Origin: a bacterium
GTDB taxonomy: Bacteria; Fidelibacterota; UBA8477; JABMPR01
Reading direction: 5' to 3'
DNA length: 15,567 nt
Assembly (NCBI GenBank): GCA_013202895.1
Contig: JABMPR010000293.1
Location: 1 to 15,567, forward strand
Shown here: piece after piece, positions 1 through 7,700 of the stretch
How the letters are laid out: each line of letters begins with the position of its first letter
Numbering within the stretch: the first letter of the stretch is position 1
Translations under genes and position numbers: made by a program
The notes under the pieces: generated by a model
Database searches by the model: none
Told to the model about the DNA's origin: nothing
The model's input: the letters and a program-made list of their open reading frames with translations, nothing else

Positions 1-10
1 GAATTTCAAA

Positions 11-1828
11 ATGGGTGTGATGAATAAAATGCGGGACAACATGGCCGGGATTATGATTTTTCTGGTTATTGTTTTCGTGCTAACCATGACGGTCGGTGGA
101 TTAGTAGGTGGAGCCAATGTCATGGATCTTCTCGGTGGGGATCAGCCCAATGCTTTCACGCTTATAAATGGCGAAGAATTGACACGTGAAAGTTTCATGC
201 GCTCACTCCAGAACGAACGTGAAAATTTCCGTCAGAGAAATGGCAGCGAGCCAACCGAGCAGCAAATGGTCCAGATGACTGATCAGGTTTGGGAAACGAT
301 GGTTACTCAGATTCTCATTCGCCAGACAATTGAAGATCAAGATCTGACAACCTCTCCTGACGAGATTCGATACTACTTTACCGAGAATGTACACCCTACG
401 GTTCGTCAATATTTTATGTCTGAGGCCGGTGAATTCGATTACGATGCATATCAGCAAGCCATAAACTCACCTGAAGCAGCTAATTTTTTCGCAGCCATGC
501 GTCTGCAGGTAGCCGCTGTTGTCCCTGTTGAGAAATTACAGCAGAAAATTTTTGCCGGGGCTCATGTTTCAGAAGCTGAAGTACGTGCGGAATATACCCG
601 CAACCAGATCAACTACGATTTCGATTACCTTTTTGTTAAAACAAGTCTATGGAAAGATGCTGAAATTGAATTCTCCGATGCTGAAATTAATAACTATTAC
701 GATCTGAACATCGATAGCTACACGCAGGATGAGACTCGTACTCTGAAATATGTTGCAATTGAGATAAAAGCTACGGAGGGCGACACCACCAGAGCATTGA
801 ATCTCATCAATGATGTGAAAGAGGAAATTCTTGGTGGTGCTAGCTTTGAATCCATGGCTCAAATTCATTCAGAGGGACCAACCAGTACTGATGGCGGTTA
901 TTTAGGGTGGTTCGGGAAGGGCAAAATGGCGCCCGCATTCGAGGAAGCTTCATTTAGTGCCCCAGTTGGTGAAATCGTTGGACCCGTACTGACTCAGTTT
1001 GGATATCATTTAATTAAAGTTGAGGCCAGCCGGGTACAGGATGGAGTCCCCGAGGTAGAAGCTCGTCATATTCTGGTTGAGATCCGACCAAGCGAGACCA
1101 GCCGTGAGAAAATTCGCCGTGAATTAAAGAATCTGGAATTTCTGGCAGATGAATTAGGATTTGAGAAGGCAGTTGATTCATTAGCCCTTGATGTTAAGAC
1201 TTCAAATAAATTGCGCTTGAAGGACACCTTTATTTCAGGTATCGGTTCTTTTCAATCCGCTGTACGTTATGCTTATCTTTCGGACACAACTTCTCACAGT
1301 AGAGTCATGCAAAATGAATCTCATTTTGCTTTGTTCTCTCTTTCTGAGATTGACCCAGCTGGTCCACGCCCTTTTGACCAGGCCAAAGTCACGATCAAAC
1401 GTAAGATGATCAATGAGAAGAAGCAGGAATTGGCTAAAACAGCTGCAGAACAATTGGTAGCAGGCTTACCGGCTGAAGGTTCCTGGGCTGAGATCAAAAT
1501 TGAAGGCCGAGATGACTTGACTTATGAGGAAATACAGGGTGCCAAAGGGAATGCTGGGATAAAGGGATTAGGTCGTTATCAAGAGATCTATGGATTCATT
1601 GAGAATGCTAATGTAGGAAGTATTTCTCCAGTTTTTGACACACCTAGAGGAGCAGTTATCGTGCGTCTTAACGCTCGTGCTGATTTTGATGAAACAGATT
1701 ATGTTAGTCAATACGATGAATTGCAAACTACACTATATCAATCTCGACAAACTGAAGTCTGGAATAATTACCTGGAATCATTGCGTGAAAATGCAGATGT
1801 GATTGATAACCGTCTTCGCATGCTCTAA
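11..1828 (+). CDS. ppiD: PpiD/SurA-like membrane-anchored periplasmic peptidyl-prolyl isomerase/foldase
   Basis: 605 aa ORF. N-terminal TM anchor (MIFLVIVFVLTMTVGGLVGG), SurA_N-like region, and a rotamase (parvulin) domain containing 'FESMAQIHSEGPTSTDGGYLGWFGKGKMAPAFEEASFSAPVGEIVGPVLTQFGYHLIKV'. A second 'EARHILVEI' rotamase-like strand follows. The start could be ATG 11 or ATG 20. Confidence 0.88.
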   Translation: MGVMNKMRDNMAGIMIFLVIVFVLTMTVGGLVGGANVMDLLGGDQPNAFTLINGEELTRESFMRSLQNERENFRQRNGSEPTEQQMVQMTDQVWETMVTQILIRQTIEDQDLTTSPDEIRYYFTENVHPTVRQYFMSEAGEFDYDAYQQAINSPEAANFFAAMRLQVAAVVPVEKLQQKIFAGAHVSEAEVRAEYTRNQINYDFDYLFVKTSLWKDAEIEFSDAEINNYYDLNIDSYTQDETRTLKYVAIEIKATEGDTTRALNLINDVKEEILGGASFESMAQIHSEGPTSTDGGYLGWFGKGKMAPAFEEASFSAPVGEIVGPVLTQFGYHLIKVEASRVQDGVPEVEARHILVEIRPSETSREKIRRELKNLEFLADELGFEKAVDSLALDVKTSNKLRLKDTFISGIGSFQSAVRYAYLSDTTSHSRVMQNESHFALFSLSEIDPAGPRPFDQAKVTIKRKMINEKKQELAKTAAEQLVAGLPAEGSWAEIKIEGRDDLTYEEIQGAKGNAGIKGLGRYQEIYGFIENANVGSISPVFDTPRGAVIVRLNARADFDETDYVSQYDELQTTLYQSRQTEVWNNYLESLRENADVIDNRLRML

Positions 1829-1847
1829 CTCCTGATCAAAATATTTT

Positions 1848-1878
1848 AAAATGGGGAGTTTGCTCCCCGTTTTTTATT
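1848..1878 (+). terminator. Rho-independent terminator after the ppiD-like gene
   Basis: GGGGAG (1853-1858), loop TTTG, CTCCCC (1863-1868), then GTTTTTTATTT. The stem can be extended by upstream AAAAT pairing with GTTTT. Confidence 0.88.
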
Positions 1879-1960
1879 TATCCGCTTATTGAATACATCC
1901 ACAGCTAAATAAGACTTTATATTTTCTAAGCATTAATTATGTTGTCGTAATTGTTTCATC

Positions 1961-1967
1961 AAGGAGG
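1961..1967 (+). promoter_or_regulatory. Shine-Dalgarno for the haem-binding-domain CDS
   Basis: AAGGAGG located 2 nt before ATG 1970 and 5 nt before ATG 1973. The spacing favours 1973 as the real start. Confidence 0.7.
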
Positions 1968-1972
1968 ATATG

Positions 1973-2404
1973 ATGTCTCGCGTAAAAATCGCATTTCTTG
2001 TTTTTGCAGGAATATTAATCATCATGCAATTAATTCCACTTAACCAGACTAACCCTCCCGTAGTTCAGAATGTGGCAGCACCCGTCCTAATCTCTGAAAT
2101 TTTAAAAACATCCTGCTATGATTGTCATTCCAACGAAACTATTTGGCCCTGGTATAGTCGTATTGCTCCCGGATCATTCCTTATCACTCGAGATGTGAAG
2201 ATGGGCCGTCAGCATCTGAATTTTTCTGAATTTTCGGATTTAGATTCCTTTGATAGTACAGATATTGCAGACGATCTAATCGAAGTACTCGAAGCTGGTG
2301 ATATGCCTGTAATCCAATATTTACTCCTGCATCCAAGTGCCAGCCTGAGAGATAGTGAGTCGCAAGCTTTATTGCAATGGGTTGAAACACTTTATCCTGA
2401 ATAA
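1973..2404 (+). CDS. Haem-binding domain protein with one CxxCH motif and an N-terminal TM/signal anchor
   Basis: 143-144 aa ORF (the track starts at ATG 1970). Motif 'ILKTSCYDCHSNETIWPWYSRIAPGSFLITRDVKMGRQHLNFSEF' is typical of the Haem_bd family. The CxxCH codons are at 2114-2128. Confidence 0.85.
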   Translation: MSRVKIAFLVFAGILIIMQLIPLNQTNPPVVQNVAAPVLISEILKTSCYDCHSNETIWPWYSRIAPGSFLITRDVKMGRQHLNFSEFSDLDSFDSTDIADDLIEVLEAGDMPVIQYLLLHPSASLRDSESQALLQWVETLYPE

Positions 2405-2449
2405 AGCAACAGTCAATTATAGATAAGAAAGGGCAGGCAAAGGTAAAAT

Positions 2450-3280
2450 ATGGATATCGCAACCATAATTGGTTTAATATTTGGTCTGGCATTGGTATTT
2501 TTTGGGATGTCCGAGCCTGGATCAATCTCTCCTCCAGAAACCTTTTTCAATCTACGGGGTTTGGCAATTGTATTAGGTGGAACATTGGCTGCAACTCTGG
2601 TCAATTATCCTTTAAAAAACGTCATCGGTATGCTCAAGGTCTCACTTCAGGCTTTTGCAAATAACAAAGGTGCTCAAAATCCCATGGAGATGATCGCAGA
2701 ATTGGGTACCTATTCTGATCAAGCTCGAAAAAAAGGACTGCACTCATTGGAGAATTTCCTTGAAGGAATCGAAAATCATTATCTGCAAATGGGATTGGCG
2801 AACGCCATCCTTGAAAAAGATTCGAAGAAGCTTGAAAATTTTCTCGATAATGAACTTAATTCAATGATCGACAGACACGCAAATGGGCAGGAGATTTTTT
2901 ACAACATGGGTTCTTATGCCCCTGCCTTTGGACTTCTGGGTACGGTAATGGGGTTGATCCTGATGATGACACGTCAAGCCGGAACATCTTCTGTAGACAG
3001 CTATGCAACAGGGGCTCAAGACTCAATGTCTGCTCTACTCGGGGGTATGGGTATAGCTCTGGTAACCACTTTTTACGGGGTCCTCCTGGCAAACCTGCTT
3101 TTTATTCCAATTGCTGGCAAGCTTAAGACACGGTCCGATGAAGAAGTGCACAGCCTTAAAATAATCAAAGCCGGTATCCTCAGTATTCACTCAAAGGAAC
3201 ACCCACTCATCATGCGTGAGAAGTTGCTAACTTTCGTTGATAAGGACACCAGAAAGAACGATAAGCCAGCGGGCGAATAG
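2450..3280 (+). CDS. motA: MotA-like stator/proton channel A-subunit
   Basis: 276 aa with the MotA pattern: 'MDIATIIGLIFGLALVFFGM', 'FFNLRGLAIVLGGTLAATLVNYP', 'ARKKGLHSLE', 'MGSYAPAFGLLGTVMGLILMM', 'MGIALVTTFYGVLLANLLFIPIAGKLK', 'HPLIMREKLLTFV'. Confidence 0.92.
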   Translation: MDIATIIGLIFGLALVFFGMSEPGSISPPETFFNLRGLAIVLGGTLAATLVNYPLKNVIGMLKVSLQAFANNKGAQNPMEMIAELGTYSDQARKKGLHSLENFLEGIENHYLQMGLANAILEKDSKKLENFLDNELNSMIDRHANGQEIFYNMGSYAPAFGLLGTVMGLILMMTRQAGTSSVDSYATGAQDSMSALLGGMGIALVTTFYGVLLANLLFIPIAGKLKTRSDEEVHSLKIIKAGILSIHSKEHPLIMREKLLTFVDKDTRKNDKPAGE

Positions 3281-3286
3281 CCTAAA

Positions 3287-3991
3287 ATGTCTCATATTTC
3301 CTTTGTTGCCGAGCGAGCCTCCAACTCATGGAAGGTGACCTATAGTGATTTGCTTACCGGTCTGCTTGCATTCTTTCTTTTACTCATTATCAAAGCAGAA
3401 GAAGATGCCAACACCACTTTTAAATTCGCTGATCAGATGAAGAGTGTCATTTACAGCAAAATTGCAAAAGAAAAGCAGGATCGGAACATTGATTGGCTCT
3501 ATGTCGAACACGCAGGACCAAAAGGTATAAAGCTGCTGATACCCTCAGAGATTGGTGAACAAACCTTCTTCGAGTCTGCTGATGATCAGATTGTGATCAA
3601 TTTTATTTTCTACTTACGAACGGTTGCTAGAATTGTTGGTGGCCTGGAGCTGGAAAAAATTCCAGTACGTCATGCTGATGTATTTCGGAAGCTCAAAGCT
3701 GCCGGGAAGGCTATAAAAATAAATGTTCGAATTGAAGGGCATTCAGATGCCGTCCCCTTGGGTAGATCATCCCGCTTCAGGGACAATTGGGATCTATCAA
3801 CCGCCCGAGCCCACCAGGTAATGAAGTTTTTGATGAAAGAGACCCAGATTCCAGATTCCTTTTTCTCAGTGTCTGGCTATGGTCCCTTCCATCCCCTGGT
3901 AGATATGAATAGCTATGATGAGAATCGACGGGTGGAGATCTATCTCGATATTCAAATGATCGATCTGGAAAATGGTAGCAATGTCCGATAA
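3287..3991 (+). CDS. motB: MotB-like stator B-subunit (copy 1) with C-terminal OmpA/PG-binding domain
   Basis: 234 aa. N-terminal 'SNSWKVTYSDLLTGLLAFFLLLIIKAE' with the channel Asp at residue 21 (codon 3347-3349). OmpA-like 'IEGHSDAVPLGRSSRFRDNWDLSTARAHQVMKFL...VSGYGPFHPLVDMNSYDENRRVEIYLDI'. Confidence 0.87.
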   Translation: MSHISFVAERASNSWKVTYSDLLTGLLAFFLLLIIKAEEDANTTFKFADQMKSVIYSKIAKEKQDRNIDWLYVEHAGPKGIKLLIPSEIGEQTFFESADDQIVINFIFYLRTVARIVGGLELEKIPVRHADVFRKLKAAGKAIKINVRIEGHSDAVPLGRSSRFRDNWDLSTARAHQVMKFLMKETQIPDSFFSVSGYGPFHPLVDMNSYDENRRVEIYLDIQMIDLENGSNVR

Positions 3992-4667
3992 TTTGACCAA
4001 GATTGCCGGTCAAGCCCGGGGGAGTTGGGTGCTCTCCTACGGTGACACCATCACGCTGCTCATAACATTTTTTATTATGATGATCACCGTCCGAGCTGGC
4101 CAGATCAATAAGATCCATAGATGGGTCAATGACCGTTTAGATGAGGCGACCCTGGAGGTCCAGGAGGCTATGGATGCTGCCAATATTCAAGAAATCTCCA
4201 TCAGAAGAAATTCAAAGGGTGTGCAGATCACGCTCCAGGATCCCAGACTTTTCGAAGTTGGTTCGGCCCAGCCCCGCAACACCCACATTTATCAACTTGA
4301 TGCTGTCGCAGCTTCAATCCAGAATCTACAAATATTTAATTTGCATAATACTGAACACGCAGCTTTTCTCGAGGAACTTCAATCTTCAGGACTAGACTGG
4401 CTCGCAGAGATTCGGATTGAAGGTCATACTGACAACATGCCATTAACCCGAAATGCTCTCTATCGTGATAACTGGGAACTTAGTGCTGCCCGAGCCCAAT
4501 CAATCATGATCCAGCTACAGCAGCGTACCGGTCTCCCAGCCTCAATTTATGCTATTGGCGGGTTTGGGGAGTTTCAGCCCATTGGAGATAATAATACCCT
4601 GGCAGGACGGGAAATTAATCGTCGAGTTGAGATCTATATTGGGGCTTCTCTGCTGAAAACTTTATAA
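3981..4667 (+). CDS. motB: MotB-like stator B-subunit (copy 2) with C-terminal OmpA/PG-binding domain
   Basis: 228-231 aa (the track starts at ATG 3972; ATG 3981 gives MSDN and aligns with MSHI of copy 1). 'ARGSWVLSYGDTITLLITFFIMMITVRAG' with the channel Asp codon at 4044-4046. OmpA-like 'IEGHTDNMPLTRNALYRDNWELSAARAQSIMIQLQQRTGLPASIYAIGGFGEFQPIGDNNTLAGREINRRVEIYIG'. It overlaps the end of copy 1. Confidence 0.87.
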   Translation: MSDNLTKIAGQARGSWVLSYGDTITLLITFFIMMITVRAGQINKIHRWVNDRLDEATLEVQEAMDAANIQEISIRRNSKGVQITLQDPRLFEVGSAQPRNTHIYQLDAVAASIQNLQIFNLHNTEHAAFLEELQSSGLDWLAEIRIEGHTDNMPLTRNALYRDNWELSAARAQSIMIQLQQRTGLPASIYAIGGFGEFQPIGDNNTLAGREINRRVEIYIGASLLKTL

Positions 4668-4733
4668 GCTGGCCAGAAAACCTACTCCAACAACTCTATT
4701 AATCATTTTCCTTTGTAGTATTCACTTTTGAAG

Positions 4734-4739
4734 TATAAT
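4734..4739 (+). promoter_or_regulatory. Possible -10 element (TATAAT) upstream of the porU-like gene
   Basis: Consensus TATAAT in the 71-bp gap; no convincing -35 at 17 bp spacing. If it is real, transcription would start near 4746, downstream of the track's TTG start at 4739. Confidence 0.35.
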
Positions 4740-4789
4740 TGATGTCAATGGAATCGGAACATTCCACTCAAAATTTCGTTAAGGTATGC

Positions 4790-7700
4790 ATGAATAGATT
4801 TTGTACCCTCATTTTGTTAACATCATCACTTTTTGCTGGAGATATATCCGTCCTTGAGAAGGACGAGCATAGTATCACCGTGAGATTTACAATTCCTGAG
4901 CCTCAACTTTCCTCATTTGAGATTGGAGATCGATCAGTTCAGTTGCCCCGCTGGTCAAATGCCTACGAGGCATATGACTCATCAAATCAGACCCTTGCGC
5001 CCTTTTTTACTTTACCCCTTATCCTTCCACCTAATGGTGATATCCCAGAGATTCAGATATTGGCATCAGAATTTCTCAGAGATGGGAGACTCTCTAAAGT
5101 TAAGTTTCAGCCCCAAGATCTGGGACCTGCGAACAGATTACCTTCTATTGAAGCAGTCGAAATGATAAACCTGAAAGGGGCCGAAGATTTCAGAGATTAT
5201 AAAACAGCCCGGATTATGGTATATCCTTATTTCATAGCTGGACAACGTTTAAGCAGTCTAACATTCCGCCTTGACTTCCCTGCCTACAGTGGTTCAGAAT
5301 TGAGTCAGGAATCGGACTTGATCCAGGGATATCTAAATGCTGATATGGCTAAGAACTGGGCTAAAACACCTGCATCGTCGCTGGGAAGAACTGCATCAGT
5401 ATGGCCTCAGGGACAATGGTTTCGCTTTCCCATAAATGCTATGGGCATCCACCGTATCAATGTGGCTTCTTTTGGAGATAACCTGCCCGAGACCAATCCA
5501 ATTAGCTGGCAAGTCTATGCTCCCTATTATGAAGGCCAAGCCCTCCCTTTTAGTCTTAGTCATACTGAACCGACACCAGATAATTTCAAAGCGATCAGTA
5601 TGCAAGGTTCCGGGTTGGAGGATGGTGTATTTTCAGATGACGATGAAATTATCTTTTTTGCCCAGGCCCTGAATGGTGACTTCAAAGGGGATAATTTCAC
5701 CCACCTCTTTGGGAAGCAACGCTACTACTGGATCTGTATTCCTTTTGATGATAGTGAGACTGCAAATCAGATTGATTTTCTCCCCAGCTATCTTGGTACC
5801 CATACCGAAACAGTTAGAAGCTACCAAAAGCGCCTATATCATGAAACTGACCTTCATAATCAACTCCATTCCGGTCAGAGCTGGGTTGGTGAAAAACTCA
5901 CCGGCAGTTCAGATCAATTTTATATTTCCTTTTCAGATGATTATCTTGATTTAAGCTCTGAAATCAATCTGAATGTATTATTCAGAATAGATTACGATGT
6001 CGATAATTACCAGGATATTCTTGATGTAGAATTGAATGATATTCCTTTCAATGTCAACCAGATCAAGACTGTCCAGAACAAAAAGATAATTCTCAATGGA
6101 ACTGCTGGTGAAAATTTGATGCGCGATAAAAGCGTGGGTAACAATATTCTCAAGCTAGACTATTCCAGCAATTCTCCCAACTCCATCATATATCTGGATA
6201 GTTTAAGATTTTCGTATGATAGGCAGTTAGCCCCATCATCCGAATATCTTTTTGGTACTGTTGACTTACCTGGCGCTATAAATCGTCTCATTTTTCAGGA
6301 TCTTAGCAGCGGTTTTCAACTCTGGGATATTTCAAATCCATCTAATGTTGTGGAGTGGCAGATTGAGAATAATCTTTATTTGCACCAAGGAACAGGGAAG
6401 CATGAGATCATTGGATTTAATGACGATCAACTCATCGATGTTATCTTAACTGAGACAGCCGACCAGGGAAATCCGCAACTCAGACAGGCTGGCCGACAAG
6501 CTGATTACATAATCATCACCCCTGAGATCTTTCTCGATCAGGCAGAGCGCATTCGTGAATTAAGAGAAGAGCTGGTTCCTGAGGCTGAACAGCTCACCGT
6601 AGAGATCGTTAAAATAAATGATATTTATGATGAATTTTCAGCTGGGACGGTGGATCCGGCTGCAATAAAACATTTTTTACATTATGTATATTTTTCATGG
6701 GATCAATCTAACAGAATAAGATACGTTCTATTTCTTGGAGATACAGACTATGATTATCGCAATATTACCGGACAAAGCAAGATGCTCATACCCACTTTTC
6801 AAAAAGATGGTATCAGCGATATAAGTTCCTACGCAACAGATGATAAATATACTTTCATTGCTTCGGGGATATGGGATGCATTACCAGATATTGCCATTGG
6901 ACGCTATCCAGCTCAGAGGGTGGATCAATTGGAGATTATGATTGATAAACTAATCAGCTATGAACTCACTCCTGAACCTGGGATCTGGCGCAATACAGTA
7001 ACCCTGGTGGCAGATGATCCTCTGCGCCCTAGCAAAACGGTTGAATATGCACATATTACTGATACAGAGAGTCTTGCGGGCATTATTCCTGAAAGCATGC
7101 ATGTGGATAAGGTTTATCTGACTGAATATCCAGAGGTTCAGGATCCAAACTCCCCCTATATCAAAAAACCAAAGGCACGGGATGAATTTCTGCAAAAGCT
7201 ATTTAATGGCACTTTACTTGTAAACTACCTGGGTCATGGGTCTCCTAATGTTTGGGCTCAGGAAGAAGTGTTTACCGTTTCTGATCTGGGTCTTGTCAAG
7301 ACGAACATGCGCCTGCCTTTCTGGGTTGCTGGAACCTGCGATTGGGCTAAATATGATGATGTAAGTTCATCATGCGTACCTGAAGAGCTGATGTTGATGG
7401 AAAGTAATGGTGCAATTGGTATCCTTTCTACAACAAGGAAAACGTTTTCAAGTTACAACCGGATTTTATTGCTTGACTTTTTTGACTTTCTTTTTCCTGA
7501 TAATCAAGCGAGTCGATCGATTCCTGTTGGCGATGCCATCATGATGGCAAAAAATATTACTGCTGGCTCCGATCCGAACAATGAGAAGTATGTCCTATTC
7601 TCTGATCCTGCACTCAGATTAGCGTCGCCTGTTAGGAAAGGGCAAATCCAAAGCGTAACTCCCAGTGTACTCCAGGCAATGGGTAGTGTTAACTTTTCGG

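Noticed and set aside
2184-2525. 113-aa minus-strand ORF spanning the haem-binding/motA junction
   Set aside because: Antisense to two genes with clear family signatures; no domain or SD support.
3777-4118. 113-aa minus-strand ORF over the motB-1/motB-2 overlap
   Set aside because: Antisense to conserved OmpA and TM motifs; composition looks like a frame artefact.
4141-4395. 84-aa plus-strand alternative-frame ORF in motB-2
   Set aside because: Out of frame inside a confident CDS and Arg/Ser-rich, with no SD or motif.
2450-4667. Zorya-type anti-phage defence (ZorA/ZorB are MotA/MotB-like)
   Set aside because: The A protein has the normal MotA length and motifs without the long ZorA cytoplasmic tail, and no ZorC/D/E-like helicase or nuclease gene is present. 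Neighbours are housekeeping genes.
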